DNA of 40,000 bases. Origin: an uncultured Solirubrobacterales bacterium (GTDB taxonomy: Bacteria; Actinomycetota; Thermoleophilia; Solirubrobacterales; Solirubrobacteraceae). Positions within the stretch are counted from its first letter, which is position 1, and every line of letters begins with the position of its first letter. The notes under the pieces were generated by a model. It was not told where the DNA came from, made no database searches, and saw only the letters and a list, made by a program, of their open reading frames with translations. Where the stretch lies: positions 1,540,804 to 1,580,803 of the forward strand of contig CAWJJS010000001.1 of the NCBI GenBank assembly GCA_963843305.1. Direction: 5' to 3'. This document shows, one piece after another, positions 1 to 8,372 of this stretch. The translations under genes and the position numbers were made by a program.

Positions 1-57
1 CGTGTACGTCGCATCATTGAGGAGGACCGCGAGTTGCTAGAGCGACTCGCCAAGTGA
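1..57 (+). CDS. Putative antitoxin, C-terminal fragment (gene runs off the window start)
   Basis: Frame 1 reads ...RVRRIIEEDRELLERLAK, then TGA at 55-57. That stop overlaps the GTG start (54-56) of the Doc-family gene (GTGA coupling), the usual antitoxin-toxin order. Eighteen residues are too few for a family call. Confidence 0.4.
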   Translation, partial: RVRRIIEEDRELLERLAK

Positions 58-467
58 GCATCCGCTACATCGAGCTGGTCGAGTACCTCGCAATCGCGGC
101 GGAGGTAACTGGGCTAGACGTCAACATGCTTACACGTGTCGCCAAGATCGACCTCGCGGAGTCGGCGCTGCATGCGCCAGCAGCCGGCTTCGGCGAGACA
201 GAGTTCTACCCGGACTTCATCGAGAAGGCCTCCGTTCTAGCCGTGCATCTCACGAAGAACCATCCGTTGCCTGATGGCAACAAGCGCGCCGCCTGGGTAG
301 CGTTGCGCTTGTTCATCGCGATCAACGGTTGGACGTGGCGCACCACGCCGACTGTCGATGATGCCGAGCAGGCCGTCCTGGCCATCGCCGCCGGCACATG
401 GAGCCAGGACGACATGGCCACATGGCTGCAGCGCCACCTCACGCCACCGTCCACAACGCCCTCGTAG
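54..467 (+). CDS. doc: Doc (death-on-curing) toxin, Fic/Doc family
   Basis: 137-aa ORF with the Doc variant of the Fic motif, HPLPDGNKRAA (HxFx[D/N]GNKR). The size is typical and it is coupled to the upstream small ORF. Confidence 0.85.
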   Translation: MSIRYIELVEYLAIAAEVTGLDVNMLTRVAKIDLAESALHAPAAGFGETEFYPDFIEKASVLAVHLTKNHPLPDGNKRAAWVALRLFIAINGWTWRTTPTVDDAEQAVLAIAAGTWSQDDMATWLQRHLTPPSTTPS

Positions 468-576
468 GCTCGCCCCCGACCATGCATCGGTCCTCTTCAT
501 CAGACCTTGAGACCGTTGCCATCGTCCGCTGATCGACGTCGCAATGCGCTCTGGTCTTCAACGGGAGGAGATCGAG

Positions 577-1730
577 ATGCCGCACAATCGGGGCACACGC
601 CACAACCGAGATATGTGTAGGCTCGTGTCCTACGGGGGACATACGAAGTGGGTCGGCACGCACTCCAGTCTTGAGGCCTATCGAGCGGCCGAGCAGCGGC
701 GGCTTGCCGAGCTGCGCAGAGAAGTTGATAGTGCCGAGCAACGACGTATCCCGACAGTGTTGGAGTTCGCAGGGGCTGTGATCCATGAGAACGGCAGGAT
801 CACAATGACCTGGCCGGATGGACAGCGAGCGTTGAAGGAGACCGGACGCCGGGCTTCCAGCATGAAGCGTATGCGAGAGGCACTCCGCCCGTTCTTGCGC
901 GACTTTGGCGAACGGCCTCTCGATAGTTTCGGCCGCGACGAGGCGTTGACATGGGCGCTCGCTCATGGGCGCAACGTCCAACAGTCCGTGCGGCAGTTCT
1001 TCAACCACGCCACCGACCGCGAGCTAATCACGAGTAATCCCTTCGTCCGCCTCGGCGTAAGCAAGCGTACGCGCCTTATCGATCGGCCCGACTTCGAGAT
1101 CATCAGCACCGAGCAATACAGAGGTCTCTGCCAGTGCGCACGCACGAGCCGCACCGACGACTATGGCCTCATCATCGAGGGCGCGATCCTCGCGATCGGG
1201 GAGGCAGCGATCCGCCCAGGAGAGATCTTCGCGCTGCACCACGCCGATCTCGACTACGCCGAGAACATCATCAACGTCCGCCGGCAACGGGACCCATCAA
1301 CTGGGGCCATAGTGTGGTCCAAGGACGACGACCGCCGATGGGTGGTCATGAGCCCCGCCCTACGAAAGCACCTCCGGACGATGCCGCGATACAGCGACAC
1401 GATCGTCTTCCGCCATCCGTGGCGGCTACATGACCCAATCCAACTGGACCCACTACTGGCACGCAGTGCGCGCGTCAGCAGGGATGCCCAGCCAAGAGTT
1501 CTACGAGCTCAAGCACCGCGCGATCCAATGGATGATCGACCCCATAGACGACGGCGGTGTCGGCCTCGACTTCCAAACAGTCGCGACGATGATTGGCCAT
1601 GACCGACGGCGGCTACCTCATCGCCACCGTCTACACCAAGCTCACCCAGCGGCGAGCCCAAGCACGCGCTCAACGCGCCGTCGACGCCTACCAGCAACGC
1701 ACTCCCTGCCCCAAAGAGCCGGCCGTCTAG
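577..1730 (+). pseudogene. Tyrosine recombinase (phage-type integrase) disrupted by two frame changes
   Basis: RBS GGGAGGAG precedes ATG 577. Integrase sequence is readable across three frames. The first runs to ~1410 (..AIRPGEIFALHHADLDY..RRWVVMSPALRKHL..). The +1 frame follows (AIRGGYMTQSNWTHYWHAVRASAGMPSQEFYELKHRAIQWM, the HxxR box, ..TVATMIGHD) to ~1605. A further +1 frame (DGGYLIATVYTKLTQRRAQ, catalytic Tyr region) ends at TAG 1728-1730. The length is 3n+2, consistent with two 1-nt insertions. Confidence 0.8.
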
Positions 1731-1853
1731 TTGCAATAGCTCTGCAAAAGAATCCGGCAGCGGCTGCAATGGATTTGCAATAGCGCGATCGCCCAAAAGC
1801 CGGGCACGCCCACCCGCCACGCCGATCAAGTCGGGCCTTTCTGCTGCAAAACC
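1731..1853. repeat. Cluster of five TGCAA(W) motifs directly after the decayed integrase (TTGCAATAGC twice)
   Basis: TTGCAATAGC at 1731-1740 and 1775-1784, plus cTGCAAAAG (1742-1750), cTGCAATGG (1764-1772) and cTGCAAAAC (1844-1852). Confidence 0.5.
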
Positions 1854-1978
1854 GTAACTTCTCGACAACTTCAACCGGTCGCTCAGAGCAGACCACAGCA
1901 CCTAACCGACGCGAACCGGATTTGTACCCTAAGCCCCTCCAAAACGACCTTCCTACACGAAGGGATGTCCCAATCAAA

Positions 1979-1988
1979 AATCGGGGCG
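1979..1988. repeat. Candidate att core copy A (AATCGGGGCG, same as the 3' end of tRNA-Pro)
   Basis: The identical 10-mer occurs in the same orientation at 10837-10846 and 24397-24406. The last copy covers the final 8 nt of the tRNA-Pro gene. Confidence 0.5.
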
Positions 1989-2027
1989 ATTGGTGGTGTT
2001 TGGCTTGAGCGCTGGCGATTCGAGGGG

Positions 2028-2050
2028 TCGTGTGCGGTTTCGTGAGCGGT
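2028..2050. repeat. Arm-type repeats, island 1 left arm (TCGTGTGCGGT t TCGTGAGCGGT)
   Basis: Two tandem copies at 2028-2038 and 2040-2050. They match the copies at 10665-10675 and 10699-10709. Confidence 0.55.
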
Positions 2051-2076
2051 CGGCGTCATGCCATCGACGCCGACCG
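2047..2076 (-). terminator. Stem-loop downstream of the 68-aa gene
   Basis: Perfect 11-bp inverted repeat CGGTCGGCGTC / GACGCCGACCG with an 8-nt loop. It lies 14 nt past the stop at 2090-2092 on the minus strand. No U-tract follows. Confidence 0.4.
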
Positions 2077-2089
2077 TCCACCTTCAGAC

Positions 2090-2296
2090 TCAGCTCGAAC
2101 CGTGTTCGCGCGCGTAGCGAAGCAGATCATCCATTGACGTAAGACCTGTCTGCTGCCTCAGAGTCTCAAGATGCATGTCGCTCCGGACGCCGAAATCGAC
2201 GCCGTATTTCTCCTCGATCGTCCCGACATTGGTGTCGCCGCGCTTACGACGCCACTCCCCGTTCTCGTCCCGACTGCGTTCCTGCGGATGACCCAT
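2090..2296 (-). CDS. Small hypothetical protein (68 aa)
   Basis: Strong RBS (GAAAGGAGG, 6 nt before the ATG). An AT-rich putative promoter region lies at 2297-2400. The gene sits between the att core and the integrase. No recognisable family. Confidence 0.6.
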   Translation of the reverse strand: MGHPQERSRDENGEWRRKRGDTNVGTIEEKYGVDFGVRSDMHLETLRQQTGLTSMDDLLRYAREHGSS

Positions 2297-2410
2297 AGGG
2301 GCCTCCTTTCATAGGTGAAATTATTGTTCTCAAGCTATCAAATGGTGCGGCAGCTTTTGCGAACATACGTTCTTGTATATGCGGCAGATTAGACCCCTCG
2401 TGGGACGCCC

Positions 2411-3524
2411 TCAAAACAAGGTCTGCTGGATCGGTTTCTCTGGCTCGCGCGGCTTGCGCTTCTCACGGGCATGAGAGGCGTATGCGCCGACGATGCGGTC
2501 GAGCGCTCGGCCCTTGTCGCGGTGTCCGTAGAGGCGGCGAACGAGGTTCCCGCCGTCCTGATGTCCGAGCGCGATGGCTACGTCCTCGGATGACATTTCA
2601 AGCTCGTTGACCATGTACCAGCCCGCGAAGTGTCGAGTGGCAAGGTAGAGGCTGCCTTCCCAGCTTGCGGCGGCCCTGACGGCCTTCCAGTGGTAAGCGC
2701 GGGAGCTTGGTGTCCAGTGCTCGCCGCGCAGCGAGACGAAGCAGAATTCACCCTCACGCGCCAGTGCCGGAGAGGGCGTCGTGGGCGTGTGTGGTCAGAG
2801 GTGCCTCGCGCCGCAAGTGATTCTTCGGCGTGTCGAACGCGCGGGTCGCGGCGCTGAACTGTTCGGCTACGACGATGCGGGCGCGGTCAAAGTCGATCCG
2901 CTCCCACCGCAGCGCGTCAAGCTCGCCGGGGCGAAGGCCGGTGAACGCAGCGACTTGCAACCACGCCGCAAACGACGGACACGCCAGTTTACGGGCGTGC
3001 GCGATGATCTCCCACACCTTCTGCTCGGTTGGTGGTTGCTGGTCGCGTCGGCCCTTGCCGCGTGAGATGCCGAGCTTCTGAAACGGGTTGCGGTCGATCA
3101 GCCGACCAGCCTTCACCGATGCCGCGTCGTTGAACATCGAAGACAGCCCCTGGACCGACCCGGCACGGCCACCACCGGCGAGCCAGTCGGCGACGATCTC
3201 ATCCCCGACTTGGATGATCGGGACATCGCGGTAGCGCGCGGCGAAGCTCTTGGTCAGCTCACGGCGGCGGATGTCGCTCGACTCCTTTGGGCGCGCGAAC
3301 AGCGGATCGGTTGTCCAGCGCTCCCAGAAGCTATGGACGGTCACGTCCCTTGCATGGACCGCCCCCAAACGCTCGCGCGCCTTCTCGCGCGCCCGCTTTG
3401 CTTCAGTCTTGGTCGCGAACGTGCCAGGGCCGCCAACGACCTTCGAGACGCTGAGGTTCTTCCCGGTCGCAGGGTCGTAGACCTGCGCTCGCCAGCGACC
3501 CGATGGGAGCCGTGTGACGCTCAC
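2411..3524 (-). pseudogene. Tyrosine integrase of island 1, single frameshift near 2755-2765
   Basis: GTG 3524 follows RBS GGGAGAGG and overlaps the xis stop (GTGA). The 5' part (VSVTRLPSGRWRAQVYDP..AAFTGLRPGELDALRWERIDF..) reaches TGA at 2754. The adjacent frame continues with REGEFCFVSLRGEHWTPSSRAYHWKAVRAAASW..ATRHFAGWYMVNELEMSSEDVAIALGHQDGGNLVRRLYGH, which holds the HxxR and catalytic Tyr regions. The length is 3n+1. Confidence 0.8.
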
Positions 3525-3709
3525 GCCGCCCTCTCCCGTTCCGAGGCCCAGGAGATAGCCGCAGACGGCCGGAAACGGCGCGTGCGACGTCCCCACGTCA
3601 CCGACGGCATCCCCTCGGCGACCATCCGATCCACCGTCGCCAAACTCACACCCATGATCGCGGCCAGCTCAGCGCGCGCTACGTAGCGCTCAGGCGCTAC
3701 AGGTTGCAC
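3521..3709 (-). CDS. Excisionase-type HTH protein (Xis) of island 1
   Basis: ..YVARAELAAIMGVSLATVDRMVAEGMPSVTWGRRTRRFRPSAAISWA.. is an excisionase/MerR-type HTH. Its stop overlaps the int start codon. The start (GTG 3709) is uncertain. Confidence 0.65.
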   Translation of the reverse strand: MQPVAPERYVARAELAAIMGVSLATVDRMVAEGMPSVTWGRRTRRFRPSAAISWASERERAA

Positions 3710-3921
3710 AGCGGCTGCTCGGGTCTCCGGGCTTGGGTTTTGTCCCCTCACACAGGTATATGACCGTGAGCGGCCGAAAACGGCCACCGACTTTGCACTC
3801 GGCTCCCGAAACAACCAATCGCTGCCCCATTGCGAGACGCACCCCTTGGTGGCGCGCCGGATCGCCGCGTGAACCCGGTGGGTCGATCCCGAACGATCCG
3901 GCACAGCCAGGCGAACCACCG

Positions 3922-4170
3922 TCAGAGCGAAAGGTCGTCCATACGCACGGCAGCGCGACTCGCGAATACGAACTCTCCGCAGCGGTGGATCAAGCCCGCA
4001 GCGTGCAGACTTGCGACTGCATCGACAGTCCCAAGATGCTCGCCGCGCTCGCGTTCGAGCTCCGCAATCGACCAAGACCGCTGCGAATCGGACGACAGCA
4101 ACAGACTGAGGATTCCTTTCTCTGCCCGCTCCTCGTCATCGGCGGGCATCCGGCTAATCTCATCCTGCAT
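3922..4170 (-). CDS. Small winged-helix protein, paralog family 1 of 3
   Basis: RBS GGAAAGGAAGG precedes ATG 4170. MQDEISRM...SIAELERERGEHLGTVDAVASLHAAGLIHRCGEFVFASRAAVRMDDL matches the motif LHRAGLIHRCNEFAFPTRPARRFEEL of the ORF at 15302-15520. Confidence 0.65.
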   Translation of the reverse strand: MQDEISRMPADDEERAEKGILSLLLSSDSQRSWSIAELERERGEHLGTVDAVASLHAAGLIHRCGEFVFASRAAVRMDDLSL

Positions 4171-4317
4171 GGGAAGGTCCTTCCTTTCCTTGCCACGCCC
4201 CGGGCAGTTAGAGCTGCGCCGGGGCACTTTTTGATTGGGATTCCGTCAAGCTGAGCGCCAAGATGCGATCAGCACTACGACTTGCTTGTCAGCATACACT
4301 AAAAGAATGCTGTAGAA

Positions 4318-4933
4318 ATGTCTGACGTAGAACAAAAGCCCGATCTCCCAGCGCTCCACCGCCTCGCCTATTCCCAGGATGGCCTCTTCACAACGCGACA
4401 GGCCCAAGAACGAGGCGTCAGCGCACAGCTTCTCGCCCACCACGCCCGATCAGGCCGGTTCCAGCGGATGCGACAGGGGCTCTATCGCCTCAGCGACTAC
4501 CCAGCAGGCGAACACGATGAGATACGCGCCGCATGGCTCACCGTCGGGATGGAGAGGACGATCGTCTCGCATGAGAGCGCGCTCGTGCTGCATGGACTTT
4601 CCGACGTCCTGCCAAACACAGTGCATCTTCTCGTCTCCCGCGAGCACCGGGGAGTCCGGGCGCCCAGCGGCGTCACCCTGCACACCGCTACCGCGCCCAT
4701 ACCGGACGAGCGACATCACGACCCGCTACGGCATCCGCGCCACAATCCCAGCGAGGACGATCATCGACGCGGCACGCTCAGGCACCGCGCCAGAGCAGAT
4801 CCAGATGGCCATCCGCCAGGCCCTCCAGGAAGGCCGCACCACGCCGGACCAGCTCGCCGAGCACGCCGAGCGAAACGGCGGACACGTCGCCGCACTCGTG
4901 AAGCAAACAACCGAGGAAGCAACCACCGCGTGA
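4318..4933 (+). pseudogene. AbiEi-family antitoxin/transcriptional regulator, frameshifted near 4710
   Basis: The N-terminal AbiEi-like wHTH (LHRLAYSQDGLFTTRQAQERGVSAQLLAHHARSGRFQRMRQGLYRL) is in one frame. The C-terminal half (DITTRYGIRATIPARTIIDAARSGTAPEQIQMAIRQALQEGRTT) is in the +1 frame and ends at TGA 4931-4933. Confidence 0.75.
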
Positions 4934-5897
4934 AGTACGACACCGCCGAGGCATTCCGAGCGGCGCTTGACCAGCGCATTCGCAACGAAGCGACCACGAC
5001 CAGGTCTGCCCGTCATGCGGCTACGGAAGCGCGTCGCCTTCGAGCGCTTCCTCGCCAGGCTCGCTGTCGCGGAGCCCGGAAACTGGGTGCTCAAGGGAGC
5101 ATTCGCGCTTGAGCTGCGACTCGGCGTGCGAACACGCAGCAACCAAGGACATCGACCTTGCGGGAGCCGACGACGAGCAGACCGCGACCATAAGGCTCAT
5201 CGCCGCACAGGCGATCGACCTCCACGACCACTTCAGCTTCGACGTGGCGCGCACCGCCGCACTCGACGAAGCAGAAGCATTCCGAGCCGTCCGCTACAGC
5301 GTGACCGCCGAAGTCGCCGGACGACGCTTCGAGCAGTTCCCCGTAGACGTCGCGCTCAACGAGCAGCCAACCACCCCCTCCGAACGACTGCCAATCCCAA
5401 GCCTCCTGGACTTCGCGGACATCCAGCCCGTCGAGATGCCCGTGATCGCCCTGGAGCAGCACATCGCCGAGAAGGTCCACGCATACACCGCAACCTACGG
5501 CCCACAGGAACAACAGAGCACCAGGATCAAGGACCTCATCGACATCCTCCTAATCGCCGACCTCGCCACCCCACACGCCGACCGCCTACACGCGAGCCTT
5601 GCCACGACTTTCAGCACCCGCGAACGCCAGCCACTCCCGACCGCGCTCCCACCGCCGCCAACCTCGTGGGCAAGGCCCTACACAAGCGCCGCAGCAGACG
5701 TCGGGCTACCAACCGACCTCGGGACAGCGCACGCCGAGGCCGCCACCTTCCTCGACCCGATCCTCGTCGGCACCACCGACCGGCCGCTGGAACCCTGCGC
5801 AGAAGCACTGGAACGATCCCTGAGCAGCGAGCACGGACTCCCCTCGCGAGCTGCGCAGCCCGCCCAACCGCGCACCCAAAAATCTTGCACAGACTAG
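4930..5897 (+). pseudogene. AbiEii-family nucleotidyltransferase toxin (DUF1814), two frameshifts
   Basis: GTG 4930 overlaps the AbiEi stop (GTGA). VKYDTAEAFRAALDQRIRNEA is followed in the +1 frame by RLRKRVAFERFLARLAVAEPGNWVLKGAFALELRLG. A further +1 frame gives TKDIDLAG...STRIKDLIDILLI. The nucleotidyltransferase G-rich/DxD signature is therefore spread over three frames. The length is 3n+2. Confidence 0.75.
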
Positions 5898-6080
5898 ATG
5901 CACGGCCCAGCGGGCGCTGTGCAAACGCTGTGTCGAACCAACGAGGACCACGGCCGCGCTCGGCACAGCCAAGGGGGGAAGCATGAGGAGGCCCCTACCC
6001 AGGCAACAGTTCGATCGAGCCGGGCCGCCTTGTAATGTAAATCGGCTGGGCATCTGTCACGAACCGTCGCTTCGCCTGCC

Positions 6081-6963
6081 TTGTCTCCTGCGCCTACTTC
6101 GAATTCCCGCGAGCCAATCGGGCACCGCTTCAGCGCGGCCCTCACACACTGGTGGCCGATCGCCGTCGGCGTCCTAGGCACAGCCCTGCTCACGATTGGC
6201 GGTGTCAGCCCAGATGCCACGTTCGAGATCGGGGGCGACACCGACCACTGGGTTCCGTTCCTGATCGGCGGGGGCCTCATTCTCCTCACGCTCGGCGCCG
6301 TCAGCGGAGGGGTGCGGCAACTGCACCTCGACAGGTTGCAACGCGAGCGCACCGAGTTCAAGGAACACGCCGAGGCCGGCGCGCGAGCGCTGCTGCGACT
6401 CATTTTCCATGAGCTGGAGCAGCTCCGCTTAGCCGCCGGACACTTCAGCAACGAGCGCGTCACCCTCTTCCGCTGCGACGGCGACGGTTTCATCGTGCTC
6501 GGCCGACGCTCCGCCCGCCCTAACTACGACTACGACCGTTGCCCCGGACGACCCAGGTACCCCGAAGATCAAGGCTGCCTCGGATTCGCCTGGAAAGACG
6601 GCCGCTCCGAGCAGACCGCGCTGCCCCCCGCCGGCCAGGCCCAGCCATGGAGCGAGGATTGGGTTCGGGCACAGACAGAAGCTCGGGGTACCACGCGCCA
6701 CAGCCGAAGCGCTCACGATGCCAAGTTGCTCATACCTCGCGTATCGCATCGAGGGCCTCGAGCGATCGCTCGGCGTAATTGTCTTCGAGAGCATCAACAC
6801 ATCAAGCCAGGCCGAACAGCTCAAATCGACGGTCGCAATCACCTCGGACACCCTCGACCCGATTCAGAAAAGCGCCTCCGGCAGACTCGCCGACCTCCTC
6901 CGCGAGAGCGAGTTCATCCCTGCCGCTACCGTCGCGGCGCTGCTGCCTGGCATCCGCGACTAG
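6081..6963 (+). pseudogene. Membrane-anchored protein with GAF-like C-terminal domain, frameshifted near 6680
   Basis: Two N-terminal hydrophobic segments (WWPIAVGVLGTALLTIGGV, WVPFLIGGGLILLTLGAV) are followed by ..VTLFRCDGDGFIVLGRR..GCLGFAWKDGRSE... The protein-like sequence then continues in the +1 frame (GVPRATAEALTMPSCSYLAYRIEGLERSLGVIVFESIN...) to 6963. The GAF assignment is tentative. Confidence 0.5.
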
Positions 6964-7017
6964 GCGATCCCCGGAGTCCGCCCCACCCACGTCAGTGGCG
7001 GCTAGGCTTCCGGCGCT

Positions 7018-7599
7018 TCAGCGGTTTGCTGGCGTGCCAGTAGCCTCGTGGTGCCGCTCGCCTCGTGCAATCCGCTTGCGCGCCGCGATCGAGTTGATCC
7101 GCCACCGCATCAACGCCTCCGAGACGCCCATCGCCTCCGCCGCCGCGCCTGTGGCCACGCCCCTTGTGCACAGCAGCAGGCATGCCTCGTCAGTTACCAG
7201 GAGCGACGCGCCAAGCCAGCTCGCCTCGGCCTCCTGCGCCTCATCAAACCCGGGCGCCTTACCGTCCGACACAGGGTGGGGCTCATGAAGCAGTAGCGCG
7301 TGCGCGAGCTCATGCGCGATGTCAGCGCGCTGCCGGGTCGCTGCGTGCACGTCGTTGTGGATGATCACCCGCCGCTGCCCGACGAACGCCATCATCGCCG
7401 AGAACGCGCCCTCCTCGACGCCCGCCAGCAGCTCCACAGCGCCCGGAATCACGGACCCGTAGTCGGTCAAACGCCAGACGGGGATCGCGAGGTGCTCAGC
7501 AAGCGCCCACGGGTCCAGCGGATCGAGGGCTGCGAGTTCCAGCTCGCCCCGAACCTCCTGCGCCAGCGCACGCGCTTCGGTCTTGAAGCCCCGGCGCAT
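7018..7599 (-). CDS. ImmA/IrrE-family zinc metallopeptidase (COG2856-type)
   Basis: 193 aa with the HEXXH motif HELAHALLLH. It lies 9 nt downstream of an XRE HTH gene, the classic ImmR/ImmA-like pairing. Confidence 0.75.
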   Translation of the reverse strand: MRRGFKTEARALAQEVRGELELAALDPLDPWALAEHLAIPVWRLTDYGSVIPGAVELLAGVEEGAFSAMMAFVGQRRVIIHNDVHAATRQRADIAHELAHALLLHEPHPVSDGKAPGFDEAQEAEASWLGASLLVTDEACLLLCTRGVATGAAAEAMGVSEALMRWRINSIAARKRIARGERHHEATGTPANR

Positions 7600-7608
7600 C
7601 AGGCAGCC

Positions 7609-7962
7609 TCACTCGGTCCTTAGCCGCTTGTACGTCGCTTTCAGCAGCTCATCCAGTGCCGCTGCCGCATCCTCGTTCAGATGCGGGTCCCGGCGCAAAA
7701 GGACGGCGATCTCAGCCAGTGGCTCCGACACACCGGGTGTGCCCGCGATGAAGTCACCCGGTTTCAGGCCTGCCCATGCGACGAGCGCGGCGAACGAGTC
7801 GACATCCGGCCGCTTGCCCTGACCCACCCTGGTCAGAGTGGAAGCGCTGACACCTGCCTCGTACGCCAGCTCCTTCCATGTCACATCGCGCGATTCGCGC
7901 GCTGCATTCAACGCGAGGAAGAACCCACGGCTGTCGAACGCGCGTGTTCGATTCGCGCTCAC
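7609..7962 (-). CDS. XRE-family helix-turn-helix regulator
   Basis: TWKELAYEAGVSASTLTRVGQGKRPDVDSFAALVAWAGL is a Cro/C1-type HTH. Its GTG start (7962-7960) overlaps the TGA of the upstream DUF6527-like gene. Confidence 0.8.
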   Translation of the reverse strand: MSANRTRAFDSRGFFLALNAARESRDVTWKELAYEAGVSASTLTRVGQGKRPDVDSFAALVAWAGLKPGDFIAGTPGVSEPLAEIAVLLRRDPHLNEDAAAALDELLKATYKRLRTE

Positions 7963-8372
7963 AACGCCCCGCCCTCTCCGACGGCGCGCCGTCGTCGTCG
8001 CCGTCGTCGTCGCCGCCGCGAGTCCCGCGTGAAACTCACGCGTCCGTCACGCAGCCAGAAATGACAGCGGGTGTACGCATCGGAGAAGTTGACGGACGGT
8101 GAGAGCGACGGGCCGCCGCTCCCTGCGCTCAACGTCCAGAACGGCCGGCGGCTCGCGGAGAGGTTGACCATAATTGTGTGCCCGGTCCCGCACGGACACT
8201 CAAAGCTGGCCCACTGCGGGTCCGCCGGGCTTCCCGTCACCACGACCGCTCGGCGGGGAAGCCGGGCGGGGAGTTCACTCTGCCGTGCGAAATATTTGAC
8301 GTCGTCCAGCCGCGGTGTGATCACACGCTGACGACGAAGCCAGTCGGTTGCCCGGTCCGCTATGGCGCCCAC
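7959..8372 (-). CDS. DUF6527-type zinc-knuckle protein with a poly-arginine tail
   Basis: FECPCGTGHTIMVNLS..PFWTLS..GPSLSPSVNF..RCHFWLRDGRVSF matches the CxC...CH core remembered for DUF6527 proteins, which accompany prokaryotic E1/E2/Ubl operons. The C-terminus carries 11 consecutive Arg. The start is uncertain: GTG 8372 is preferred (GGGGA RBS, 13-nt overlap with the E1 gene), with ATG 8435 or GTG 8324 as alternatives. Confidence 0.7.
   Translation of the reverse strand: MGAIADRATDWLRRQRVITPRLDDVKYFARQSELPARLPRRAVVVTGSPADPQWASFECPCGTGHTIMVNLSASRRPFWTLSAGSGGPSLSPSVNFSDAYTRCHFWLRDGRVSFTRDSRRRRRRRRRRRAVGEGGAL
7986..8018 (-). repeat. (CGN)11 trinucleotide tract encoding Arg11
   Basis: The minus strand reads CGG CGG CGA CGA CGA CGG CGA CGA CGA CGG CGC. 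Confidence 0.9.

Noticed and set aside
4967-5986. 339-aa Arg/Pro-rich ORF
   Set aside because: Only its first ~45 codons (RLRKRVAFERFLARLAVAEPGNWVLKGAFALELRLG) are real AbiEii sequence. The rest is out-of-frame read-through of the frameshifted gene.
7681-8064. Plus-strand ORF that also encodes a poly-Arg run
   Set aside because: This is a mirror artefact of the CGN repeat, which reads as CGT/CGC on the other strand. It lies antisense to the XRE and DUF6527 genes.
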